Below are positions 14,033 through 24,528 of a DNA stretch of 64,000 nt, in pieces; position 1 is the stretch's first letter, and each line of letters begins with the position of its first letter. The position numbers and the translations under genes are program-made. Location: contig CAVPCT010000003.1 in NCBI GenBank assembly GCA_963702475.1, forward strand, positions 704,001 through 768,000, in the 5' to 3' direction. Below the pieces are notes generated by a model. It was given only the letters and a program-made list of their open reading frames with translations, was not told the DNA's origin and did no database searches. Source of the DNA: an uncultured Thermoleophilia bacterium. GTDB lineage: Bacteria; Actinomycetota; Thermoleophilia; UBA2241.

Positions 14033-15154
14033 TTGACCGAATCCGCTGAAGATCGCACCAAGGCCGCCGACCCGGCGGAGCTGTCCATCGACGAGGTCCG
14101 TCTGCTTCTGGATGAGGGCCTCGCCCAGGGCTATCTTGCGAGCGATCACATCGCCGACGCTCTGCAGGACGTTGAGCTCACGCCCGACCAGATCGACGGC
14201 ATCTACAACCTGTTTGCCGACAACGGCATCGACATCATCGAGGGCGACGCGGTGGCCGGCGAGGAGGGTCCCGAGGCCAAGCCCGAAGAAGAGGTGCCCA
14301 TCAAGCTGGACCTCTCTGTCAAGACGCCCACCAACGACCCGGTGCGCATGTACCTCAAGGAGATCGGCAAGGTACCGCTGCTCACGGCCGAAGAAGAGGT
14401 GTCGCTGGCCAAGCGCATCGAGCGCCGCGACATGGAGGCCAAGCGCAAGCTCATCGAGGCCAACCTGCGCCTCGTGGTGTCCATCGCCAAGCGCTACGTC
14501 GGGCGCGGCATGCTGTTCCTCGACCTCATCCAGGAGGGCAACCTCGGCCTCATCCGTGCCGTGGAGAAGTTCGACTACCGCAAGGGCTACAAGTTCAGCA
14601 CGTACGCCACGTGGTGGATCCGCCAGGCGATCACGCGCGCCATCGCCGACCAGGCCCGTACGATCCGCATCCCGGTGCACATGGTGGAGACCATCAACAA
14701 GCTCATCCGCGTGCAGCGTCAGCTCCTGCAAGACATCGGCCGTGAGCCCACCCCGGAGGAGATCGCCGCCGAGATGGGCACCACGCCGCAGAAGGTGCGC
14801 GAGATCCTCAAGATCAGCCAGGAGCCCGTGAGCCTCGAGACGCCCATCGGCGAGGAAGAGGACTCCCAGCTCGGTGACTTCATCGAGGACGAAGACGCGA
14901 CCATGCCGGTCGAGGCCGTGAGCGAGATCATGCAGAAAGAGGAGCTCCAGCAGGTCCTCGGTACGCTCACACACCGCGAACGCAAGGTCATCGAGCTGCG
15001 CTTCGGTCTCAAGGGCGAGCACCCGCGTACCCTGGAAGAGGTGGGGCAGAAGTTCGGCGTCACGCGCGAGCGCATCCGCCAGATAGAGGCCAAGACGCTG
15101 GCCAAGCTCAAGGCGTACCGCGACTCGCAGCGCCTGCGCGACTTCCTCGATTGA
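14033..15154 (+). CDS. rpoD: Primary RNA polymerase sigma factor
   Basis: [54 protein letters not shown]. Confidence 0.97.
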   Translation: MTESAEDRTKAADPAELSIDEVRLLLDEGLAQGYLASDHIADALQDVELTPDQIDGIYNLFADNGIDIIEGDAVAGEEGPEAKPEEEVPIKLDLSVKTPTNDPVRMYLKEIGKVPLLTAEEEVSLAKRIERRDMEAKRKLIEANLRLVVSIAKRYVGRGMLFLDLIQEGNLGLIRAVEKFDYRKGYKFSTYATWWIRQAITRAIADQARTIRIPVHMVETINKLIRVQRQLLQDIGREPTPEEIAAEMGTTPQKVREILKISQEPVSLETPIGEEEDSQLGDFIEDEDATMPVEAVSEIMQKEELQQVLGTLTHRERKVIELRFGLKGEHPRTLEEVGQKFGVTRERIRQIEAKTLAKLKAYRDSQRLRDFLD

Positions 15155-15269
15155 CCTGCGAAGTGTCGTCAACGTGAGGTGCCGCGCCAGCGTCACCTCA
15201 CACTGACCGCCGCAGGCGGGTCAACGTCGGGTGCACCGAAACGGCACCCGACACTGGCTCGATACTCGT

Positions 15270-15298
15270 TTGTCGCACCGTAGCCGGTGGCCTATAAT
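15270..15298 (+). promoter_or_regulatory. Sigma70 promoter of tRNA-Asn
   Basis: TTGTCG (15270-15275), 17 bp spacer, TATAAT (15293-15298). Confidence 0.75.
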
Positions 15299-15314
15299 CT
15301 GTCGGCCAGAGCGG

Positions 15315-15389
<75 letters not shown>

Positions 15390-15487
15390 CCTTCACTCAA
15401 AACTGCCGCAAAGGAGCTATGTTCAAGTTCCTTTGCGGCGGTGCCGTTTCGGCCTCTGTACTCCAAACGTACTCCCGGGTCTCGCGC

Positions 15488-16759
15488 CTACTCCCCGGCG
15501 GCGGCAATCAGAGCCGCCACCAGCACCGCGGCCTCCCCCTGCATGTTGGGAAGCACGTGGCTGTAGGTGTCGAGCGTGATGCGGATGTTCGCGTGGCCGA
15601 GGCGCTCCTGCACCACCTTGGGGTGCACGCCTCCCTGCAGTGCGTAGGTGGCCCAGCCGTGGCGCAGGTCGTGCATGCGTATGCGCGGCACGGCGACAGC
15701 CGCGACCGCCTGCTGGAAGAGCTTCTGCACGCGGTCGGGGTGCCACGGTGAGCCGTCCTCGCGCGTGAACACGTGGCCGGTCGCCTGCCACGCCTCACCC
15801 CAGGTGTCGGCGTCGTCGAGCTGCTGCGCACTCTGCCGCCGCAGCACGGCGATCGTTGCGGGGTCGAGGTCGACGGGACGGCCGCCGCCGGTCTTGGTGA
15901 CGGTCTCGGCGACCTCGTAGCCGCTGGACGTGCGCTGGCGCTGCAGGGCGATACGGCCGCGTTCGAGGTCCACGTCGCTCCACCGCAGGCTGAGCACCTC
16001 GCCACGGCGCAGGCCGGTCAGCGCCAGCATGTGCCACAGGGGGCCGAGGCGGTCGTCGCGGGTCGCCTGCAGGAAGGTGTTCAGCTCCTTGAGCGACCAC
16101 ACGTGCATCTCGCGCTGGTGCACCGTGGGACGGCTGACGCCGGTCGCCGGGTTGGTGCGCAGGAGGCCGTCCTTGACGGCGTCGCCGAGGGCGTGGTGCA
16201 GGACGCCGAGCACCGAGCGCCGCGAGGCGGGGGAGAGGACGTGGCCGTGCGGACCCGGCTCCGTGTTGAGCTTGGCGGCGAGCACGCCGACGTCGGCGCG
16301 CGTCAGCTTCTGCAGCGGGACGTGGCCGATGTGGCCGGCGATGCGGCCGGCGTGCAGCTTGTACAGGCGCAGGCTCCCGGCCGCGAGGTTCTCGGCTTCC
16401 AGTGCGGTCTGCCAGCGCGTCAGCCAGTCGCTCAGCGTCATGTCGACCGGCGGGATGTAGTCGCCGTGCTCGCGGTCGTGGAGGGTGTCGCGGAGAGCCT
16501 TGTCGGCCTCTTTCTTGGTGGCGTACTTGGCGGGCATCAGCTCCTGACGACGGGAGACGATCGTCTCAAGCTCTCCCTCGCACTTCGGGCAGGTATCGGG
16601 CGGGTCCTCGTCCATCCAGTAGACCGCGCCTCGCTGGTACTCATATGCCGTGCCGTCTTTGCGGGTGACGCGGCGGACGGTCGTGCACGTGGGGCAGCGC
16701 ACGGCCGCCTGCTCGCCGAGCTCTAGGACGACGCGCCAGGCGCCGCTGCGTTTCTGCAC
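15488..16759 (-). CDS. Tyrosine recombinase/integrase with N-terminal CxxC...CxxC insert (extreme N-terminus possibly lost)
   Basis: TGLRRGE (R), HDLRH (HxxR), LGHANI (H), DTYSH (Y); arm-domain-like start KRSGAWRVVLELG. Confidence 0.92.
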   Translation of the reverse strand: MQKRSGAWRVVLELGEQAAVRCPTCTTVRRVTRKDGTAYEYQRGAVYWMDEDPPDTCPKCEGELETIVSRRQELMPAKYATKKEADKALRDTLHDREHGDYIPPVDMTLSDWLTRWQTALEAENLAAGSLRLYKLHAGRIAGHIGHVPLQKLTRADVGVLAAKLNTEPGPHGHVLSPASRRSVLGVLHHALGDAVKDGLLRTNPATGVSRPTVHQREMHVWSLKELNTFLQATRDDRLGPLWHMLALTGLRRGEVLSLRWSDVDLERGRIALQRQRTSSGYEVAETVTKTGGGRPVDLDPATIAVLRRQSAQQLDDADTWGEAWQATGHVFTREDGSPWHPDRVQKLFQQAVAAVAVPRIRMHDLRHGWATYALQGGVHPKVVQERLGHANIRITLDTYSHVLPNMQGEAAVLVAALIAAAGE

Positions 16760-17657
16760 GAAGACGGCAGGACGAGCGCGGCGAGGTCTGTATGTCGCCT
16801 ACACCCAAGTGAGCGAGGACACGAACTACGTGAGGGGCCGGCCGGATTGGCAGGAGTTGGCGAGGCGACCGGTGCGCTCCAAGATTCCATGCCTCTTCGA
16901 GGTCAACGAGACCGACAACGACGAGAACCGCATTCTTCTCTGGACTCTATATGTGATTGGCCGGGCTGGGATTGCTGGCGACCAGAAGGCCAGCTTGGCT
17001 TCCGCCTACCGAGCCTTGGCCAGCTGCGTCAGCCTCGTGCCGTTCACGCCAAGAGACTGCGTCGGCCGGCACTACACCCGCTTGAACAGTGACGACTATG
17101 CGTCTCTCCACGGTCTCTGCAGGCTGCTATTGTCAGGCAGCGCCCCACTCAGCGCCGGAGGTGACCTCGTCGCCCCGCCGTTCCTGCTGGACATGGCGGC
17201 TCTCTTCGAGGTGTTCGTCTATCGCTGGTTGGAGCTCCATCATCTACCCGAGGGTGTGACGGTCGAGCCGCAAGAGCGAGTGGTCATCGATGAGTCTTCG
17301 GGGCTCGAGTTCCGAATCGACCTGGTGCTTCACGATGAAGCTGGCGCGGCTCTCTGTACGCTTGACACCAAGTACAAACTCACGACCACGCCCGACAGCG
17401 CTGACATTCATCAGGCGGTCGCCTATGCGGTGTCGGTGGGGGCGACCGAGGCAGTCCTAGTGTACCCGTCCGACCTGAGGCCGGAGCTGGAGGTGCACGC
17501 CGGCGGAGTTCGTGTCTCGTCTGCATCGTTTGACCTCGGTTCTGCCAGCACCGATGCGGCCGGTGCCGCTCTCCTAGCATCGCTGCCGCCCTTGTCCACG
17601 GCCGCTCCAGGCGACTCCGAGTTGCCCGATCATGCGTCTCGCGAAGCACCCCAGTGA
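16760..17657 (+). pseudogene. mcrC: McrC-like restriction nuclease subunit, 5'-truncated
   Basis: DNDENRIL, YTRLN..Y, FLLDMAALFE.FV, RIDLVL..LDTKYK, ADIHQAVAY (PD-(D/E)xK); no start codon or RBS and no mcrB. Confidence 0.75.
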
Positions 17658-18115
17658 CTTCCGCCGCTTTCGATTCACCGAACGGGCAGGGACCTACGCC
17701 TATCCCCTATGCTTCAAGCGTTGCGATCCGTGTCCGCATGCAGCAGCAGCGACGACGCGATACGGAGGCCGAAATGGCCGTGCGCAGACTCGTGCACGCG
17801 GCCGGCCTCAGGTACCGCGTCGATGTGCGGCCCGTCAAGGAGGTCCGCCGCAAGGCCGACCTCGTCTTCACCAGGGCGAAGGTCGCTGTCTTTGTCGACG
17901 GCTGCTTCTGGCACGGCTGCCCGGAACACGGCTCGTCCCCGAAGGCGAACGCGGCCTGGTGGCGCGACAAGATCGAGGCGAACGTCCGGCGGGACCGCGA
18001 CACGGACGCACGGCTCACAGACGCCGGCTGGTGCGTCGTGAGGATCTGGGAGCACGACGACCCGCAGTGGGCGGCGAGGCGAATAGCCGAAGAGGTCGCA
18101 AGGCGCAACTGCTGA
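17654..18115 (+). CDS. vsr: Very short patch repair endonuclease Vsr
   Basis: RDTEAE, GLRYR, ADLVF..AKVAVFVDGCFWHGCPEH, WW..KIEANVRRD, GWCVVRIWEH. Confidence 0.93.
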   Translation: MTSAAFDSPNGQGPTPIPYASSVAIRVRMQQQRRRDTEAEMAVRRLVHAAGLRYRVDVRPVKEVRRKADLVFTRAKVAVFVDGCFWHGCPEHGSSPKANAAWWRDKIEANVRRDRDTDARLTDAGWCVVRIWEHDDPQWAARRIAEEVARRNC

Positions 18116-18470
18116 GGCTCTGGGCGTGGGAGGGCGGCCGTTGGTCGTCACCAGCCACCGGTGCGCACCGGCAGCCCGGCCGCCCCCTCCGCGCGACCGG
18201 CCTCCGTTTCGGGGACTGCGCCCACACGCACAGACTTCCGGTCGCGGAAGAGGGTAGGCGACGGCCGGGCGCGCCTCGAGGGTGACGATGGGGTTGGGCG
18301 GGTGACGATGCGGGGGCGCACGCGTATCCGTCCGAGGTGCCGCTCATCATCGGAGAGTGGCCGCCTGTTCACAGTCGCCGCTCATCCTGCCGACAACAGA
18401 AGGGGCCACCGGGAGGGACCATGACCTTCGCGACGTTCAGCTCGGCGGGGACGGGCGAGAGTGACACGCC

Positions 18471-19364
18471 GTGAGCGCCGACGCCGACCTTGACGCCGTC
18501 TTCGCTGCCACCTACACGGCCGCCTACCATGCCGCGTGCGCCGACGGCTACGCCCCGGACTACGCCGCCGACTACGCCGAGGAAGCCGCCAAGGCGGCCC
18601 GCGCCGACGCCAAAGCGGCCCGCGAGGCCGCCGCCCGCGAGGCCGAGGCCGCGCGCCCTGCCGCCCGCGAGGCCGCCTACGCCGCCGCCTACGAGGCCGC
18701 CTACGAGGCCGCGTGCGCCGCCGCCGCCGAGTACGCCGACCCCCAGCTCGCGGCCGCCAAGGCCGCCTACGCCGCCGCGAAGGCCGATTACGACATCGCC
18801 CGCGACGCCGTCCGCCTGGCCGCCCGGAACGCCGCCCGGGATGCCGGATTCAAGGCCGCCGCCGCCGCTCGCGCCGCTTTCGACGCCGACTACAAGGCCG
18901 CCCGCGAGGCCGCCAAGGCCGCTGCCCGCGAGGCCGCCGACGCCGCCGACGCCGCCGATGGGGCCGTCCGCAAGGCCGCCCTGGCCGCCTTCCCCACCGA
19001 CCCGACTGCCTACCTGACCCGTTACCGCACCGACCACCCCTCCGCCGACCCTGCCCGCATGTCCGCCTACAAAGCCGCCCGCGAGGCCGCCAAGGTCGCC
19101 CGAAGAGCCGCCCGGCGCGCCGATCGGGACGTCGAGTCGCTCGAGCGGGGGCGCAACTCCGACAGATCCGCCGCCGGAGGACGCGCCTATAGTGCTGCCC
19201 GCGCTGCCGCCGAACCCGGCTGCGACGCCGCCTTCGCCGCTGCCTACGCCGAAGAACTCGCCGCCGCCAAGGCCGCTTACCACGCCGCTCGGGCCGCCTA
19301 CACCGCCGCATACGAGGCCTACACCGCCGCCTACGACGCAGCTCACGAAGGGGGTAGCTGGTGA
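18471..19364 (+). CDS. Alanine-rich low-complexity helical protein (AAY/AAREAA repeats)
   Basis: Open 297-codon frame with strong GCC periodicity; phage-like context. Confidence 0.6.
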   Translation: MSADADLDAVFAATYTAAYHAACADGYAPDYAADYAEEAAKAARADAKAAREAAAREAEAARPAAREAAYAAAYEAAYEAACAAAAEYADPQLAAAKAAYAAAKADYDIARDAVRLAARNAARDAGFKAAAAARAAFDADYKAAREAAKAAAREAADAADAADGAVRKAALAAFPTDPTAYLTRYRTDHPSADPARMSAYKAAREAAKVARRAARRADRDVESLERGRNSDRSAAGGRAYSAARAAAEPGCDAAFAAAYAEELAAAKAAYHAARAAYTAAYEAYTAAYDAAHEGGSW

Positions 19365-19573
19365 CACGCCCGAGGGCTGAAGCCGCACCGCCGCACAAGG
19401 CCACGCGCGCCCCGGAAGCCGCCCGGGCGCTACCTATACTCCCGCGCGCCTGGACGTCGCCAGACGGCCCCCTGGACTCCCCGGGGGGGCGCGCGACGTG
19501 AGCCGCAACGGCGCCCGCGCTCGCCGCCGTCGGCGGCGGGTAGGCTCCAAGGGATCGATGGGAGGTGGAGGGA

Positions 19574-19819
19574 ATGTGCGCATCGCCGATCCCGCACCAG
19601 TGCGGCTCCTGCAGCCGCTTTCACGGGGAGTACGCGCCCAGTCCGGAGGAGCTGCTCGATCCGTACCTCTGCGACGCCGGCTCGCTGAAGTGCGACGCCT
19701 TCCCGAAGGGCATCCCGTGGACGATCCAGCGGGGCGAGTTCGACCACGAACGGGAGTGGCCCGGCGACGGCGGCCTGCGCTATGAACGGGCCGTGACGCG
19801 ACAGCCCCGCCACCCGTAG
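19574..19819 (+). CDS. Small Cys-rich phage-type protein (CxxC...CxAFPxGIP...DH..WPGDGG)
   Basis: RBS GGAGG; motif recalled from small phage-associated hypothetical proteins. Confidence 0.6.
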   Translation: MCASPIPHQCGSCSRFHGEYAPSPEELLDPYLCDAGSLKCDAFPKGIPWTIQRGEFDHEREWPGDGGLRYERAVTRQPRHP

Positions 19820-19927
19820 GGGCAGCGGGGAGCCCCTCAGGTCCCGATTCTACGATCGCCCCGCCACGCCGGCCCACGCACATGCACGGCGAGCGGGCGA
19901 GCGCCTACCGCTCCGGAGAGGAGCACG

Positions 19928-20194
19928 ATGGACGACACGACGGCCGAGCATGACAAGCGCGAGGCTGAGTACAGGGCGGCGCACGACAAGAGTGACGCGG
20001 AGTACAGAGCGGCGCACGACAAGAGCGAGGCGGAGGCCAAGGCCGCACACGACAGGAGCGAGGCGGAGGCCAAGGCCGCACACGACAGGAGCGAGGCCGA
20101 AGCCAAGCTCGCACACGACAAGGACAAGGCCGAGCACGACGAGCGCACTCAGGCCGAGGACGACGCAATCAAGAAGGCCTGGCGACGGACCTGA
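19928..20194 (+). CDS. Small hydrophilic protein with 11-aa tandem repeats (HD[K/R]SEAE[Y/A][R/K]AA)
   Basis: RBS GAGGAG; about 5.5 copies of a 33-bp unit at 19949-20143. Confidence 0.65.
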   Translation: MDDTTAEHDKREAEYRAAHDKSDAEYRAAHDKSEAEAKAAHDRSEAEAKAAHDRSEAEAKLAHDKDKAEHDERTQAEDDAIKKAWRRT

Positions 20195-20461
20195 GATGCG
20201 CGCGACCGCCGCGAGGACAGCCTGACTGCAGCCTCGCCTCACGCAAAACCCCCGCGCGGGTGGTGAGGCCCGTCGCGGGGTGGGTGGCCAGCCGGTCGGA
20301 CAAGGACCCTCAGCAGCCGGCGACGCCGTTCCCGAGAGGTGCCAGCCCCTCGATGAAGGACGGCACACGCCACCGAGGCGCGGCCCCGGGTTCTCACACA
20401 ACGCCCGGGCCGCGCCCTTCTGCTGCAACGTCCCGGGACGTCGCTTGCGAGGCCAGCCCGA

Positions 20462-20720
20462 GGCCAGCTGATCATGCTGGCCACCAGGTCCGCGGCCTCT
20501 CCCTGCATGTGGGGGATCAGGTGCGAGTACGTCTGTCCGCAGCGGGCACTCACGCACGGCATCACCGAGCGCGTGGTGCAGAGCGACGAGGAGCGACCGC
20601 CCTGTGGCGGGGTTGCGCACGCGGCCGCGTGGGCCCGGTTCGGTGGCAAGCTTGGCCGCGAGCACGCCCACGTCAGCGCGTCCTCGCCTCTGGAGCTGAG
20701 CGTGGAGTAGACGCTGGCCG
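20462..20720 (-). pseudogene. Internally deleted remnant paralogous to the integrase at 15488-16759
   Basis: ADVGVLAAKLATEPGPRGRV..LHHALGDAVRE joined to TYSHLIPHMQGEAADLVASMI; both segments match the intact integrase. Confidence 0.8.
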
Positions 20721-21076
20721 TGCGACCCCTCCAGGGACCCTCGGCAAGAGGTGAACGCTCGCCAGCACATCTGGGTGGTGATCGACTCCGGAGCCAGTCA
20801 ACGCCCAAGGAGCTACCACTTGCGGCCCTCCGGGCAGATAATGGTCCGGGGTCAGGCGTGGAGGGATCATGACCGTCGTAGCGTGGGGACCGACGACCGC
20901 CCGGGCCAGCAGCGAGGACGATCTGGCCCGCGAGTGTGGCCTGCAAGCGCATGTTGTCTGGGTGGACGACGGGCATGGCCCAGCCGCGTGTCAGGTGCCG
21001 ATGAGGGCTCGCCGTGAGTGGCCGGCCGTCAGAGAGCGACCACATCGCACGTCGACGCCGCTGGCATGACGACGGC

Positions 21077-21304
21077 ATGGATGCGCCTGCAGACACCGTC
21101 ATGCACCGGCTTGTGGTGACGGGCCCCGAGCGCGATCGGCTCTATCAGCACTTCAGTCGCCTCTTCTGGGGGCGGGTCGGGGTCGAGGTCGTCAAGGACC
21201 GCCGCGTCGCTGAGCGACGCCGGAGCAGCTCACAGAGTGCCGTCGAGCGCCGCTCGCGCGAGCGGCGCCGCGCCGCGCCGGATTGGGTATTCCCGCCGTC
21301 CTGA
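21077..21304 (+). CDS. Hypothetical protein with DRR/ERR motifs
   Basis: LYQHFSRLF..VEVVKDRRVAERR..ERRSRERR; start uncertain. Confidence 0.5.
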   Translation: MDAPADTVMHRLVVTGPERDRLYQHFSRLFWGRVGVEVVKDRRVAERRRSSSQSAVERRSRERRRAAPDWVFPPS

Positions 21305-21489
21305 AGACGCCGTCTCCCAATCGCCCCCACACGAGCGTACGGATTCAGGTCGCAGAGCGGCTGTCCAGAGTCCCTCGGAGGGCTCGCAGGACTCGCGGAG
21401 CACGACGACACGGCGTCGAGCATTGTCACCCCTGAGTTCGGAGGCTATGCTTCGCGCGGCTCAGACCTGCGAACACTCGAGAAGGCGGC

Positions 21490-21951
21490 GTGGTGGAGTC
21501 GGCTGCACCAGTCAGATTGCGCGGAGGCGATCGGCGGCGGACCCACCGCTTCGTCCTGCGGGAGCGACGCTCGGGATTCGAACGGCGAGAGATGAGGCGC
21601 CGCACGCCGTTCGGCGCCGCACTTGACGCGTCGCTCGCCTACCTGCGCGATCACCGGCTCGCGCTCGTGGCGATTCTGGCGCTCGCCAATCTGCTCAGCC
21701 TGCTTGATCTCGGGCTCACCACTATGGCCCTTCGTCTCGGCGCCGCCGAGGCCAACCCCATCATGGGGTACTTCTTCGAGGCGAGCGCCACGCATGCGGC
21801 GGCCGTCAAGTGCTGCCTCGCTGCCGCCGTGACTTTCGGGCTCTGGGGGCTGCGGCGCTACCGACGGGCGCTGATGACGGCCCTCTTCTTCTTCGCCGCG
21901 TTCGGCGCGGTAGTGCTCTACGAGATCGTCGGCCTTGCGCAGTTGACCTGA
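21490..21951 (+). CDS. DUF5658-like membrane protein
   Basis: LSLLD..LT..ALRLGAAEANPIM motif and 3-4 TM helices; upstream TTGTCA-17-TATGCT promoter at 21423-21451. Confidence 0.65.
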   Translation: MVESAAPVRLRGGDRRRTHRFVLRERRSGFERREMRRRTPFGAALDASLAYLRDHRLALVAILALANLLSLLDLGLTTMALRLGAAEANPIMGYFFEASATHAAAVKCCLAAAVTFGLWGLRRYRRALMTALFFFAAFGAVVLYEIVGLAQLT

Positions 21952-22426
21952 CGCAGGCGTCCGGGTCGCGCCGAGCGCGACCGGCTCGCCTCGCTCTCTC
22001 GAGGCCAGCTTCTCGAACAGCGCTTTGGCGAACTCGGTCCGCATCCCTTGGGCGAGTGCCAGGGAGATGTCGAACGCCTCGTCGCAGAGCAGCCACATCT
22101 GGAGGTCGCCTGCGGAGATGTCGAGCGCCTCCAGAGCGGCCTCGAGCTCGACGCCAGAGGCCACCTGTCCGAGCAGCCGTTCGCGCTGTTCGGTCGTCAT
22201 CATGTGGGGAGCCTACACCACCGCCAACGCGGGTGAGATGGGGTACTCACTCTCCGTTTGTCGCAGCGCGAGCTGACGACGAGGGCGGGGCCTGAGGAGC
22301 CGGACCTCAGCGGGGAGCCGCGGCCGGTGTCGTCCCACGTAAGGCTTCTACTTTCGTCAGCAGGGTACACACGGTGAAACGTAGGTTTGTGGCCGCGATC
22401 GCGCGGTCGCCAAGCGAGGAGGGACC

Positions 22427-22936
22427 ATGGCGGATCCAGTCGAAGAAGCCAAGAGCGAGGCTGAGGCCGACGCGGCTGCTTCGGGCGACCGGTTCAACCG
22501 GCTCGTCGAGTCGCTCGGCGGCACCGCCTCGGCGAGCGCCGTGTTCGGCGACCCCGTCGAGAAGGACGGTGTCACCATCGTGCCGGTGGCACGCGTGCGC
22601 TACGGCGTCGGCGGTGGCGGCGGCCGCGGTGCCGGGCGCAAGAAGAAACGCGACGGCGACGAGGCCGGGCAGGAAGTCGGGTACGGTCACGGCGGCGGGG
22701 TGCAGGCCACCCCTGTGGGCTACATCGAGATCAGCGGCGGCAAGGCCGAGTACAAGCGGATCGTCGACCCGGTGCGCCCGATGGCTGTGCTCCTGGTGTT
22801 CCCGCTGGTCGGTGTGATCTGCTTCGCCCTGATGGCGGTCATCAGCCTGCAGACCGCCAAGTCGGCGCGCAAGATGCTGCCAGCCATGCCACACCTGCCG
22901 CACCTGCCGCTGCCGTCGTTCCGCTGGAACGACTGA
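22427..22936 (+). CDS. GerW/YtfJ family protein
   Basis: VFGDPVEKDGVTIVPVA..GGGGG..GGGVQATPVGYIEI. Confidence 0.8.
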   Translation: MADPVEEAKSEAEADAAASGDRFNRLVESLGGTASASAVFGDPVEKDGVTIVPVARVRYGVGGGGGRGAGRKKKRDGDEAGQEVGYGHGGGVQATPVGYIEISGGKAEYKRIVDPVRPMAVLLVFPLVGVICFALMAVISLQTAKSARKMLPAMPHLPHLPLPSFRWND

Positions 22937-22952
22937 CATCAGGAGCTACCTG

Positions 22953-23000
22953 ACGGCGAGAGGGCGGGGCCGCTCCCTTTCGGCCCCGCCCTCTCGCCGT
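22953..23000. terminator. Bidirectional hairpin terminator between convergent genes
   Basis: 20-bp perfect inverted repeat ACGGCGAGAGGGCGGGGCCG/CGGCCCCGCCCTCTCGCCGT. Confidence 0.75.
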
Positions 23001-23007
23001 TCCGGGC

Positions 23008-24231
<1,224 letters not shown>

Positions 24232-24528
24232 GGCGAAATCCTCCCTATGACGTGTCCGGCACCTCAGGCTCGGGACCCTCAAGGGAGTACGTCGGCGAAC
24301 CTTGCCTTCAGACCAGACTCTGGCCGGGCATCGGCAGGGATACCCTCCAGCCGCCTAGCCCGATTGGCGCGATTCTCCGTACTTGTGAAGCACAGCGCAA
24401 AGGGCCGAGAGGGCCAGACAATGCGGGGGCGGCAGGACAGAATGGCCCAGCGGCCGGCACAGCCGTGAGCGGGATCGGTCGTGCCTCAGTGGGGTGCCCC
24501 GGACGCGACCGGCACGAGCGCGAGGTGC

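Larger units (their letters stand above)
15390..20720. mobile_element. Decayed integrative element or genomic island inserted at tRNA-Asn (right border uncertain, may extend to about 22.3 kb)
   Basis: Integrase directly 3' of the tRNA, defence-type genes with atypical codon usage, phage-like small ORFs and a second integrase remnant; no att direct repeat found by eye. Confidence 0.7.

Noticed and set aside
18280-18311. GGGTGACGATG direct repeat as replication iterons
   Set aside because: Only two copies and no replication gene nearby
19949-20143. CRISPR array
   Set aside because: The 33-bp units are contiguous, in-frame coding repeats without spacers, and no cas genes are present
21445-22203. 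252-aa minus-strand ORF
   Set aside because: Two-thirds is antisense to the better-supported DUF5658-like gene; only the first ~80 aa look protein-like and I cannot assign them
24232-24470. Riboswitch (glutamine or c-di-AMP) in the amtB leader
   Set aside because: Only fragmentary resemblance; core consensus motifs not found by eye
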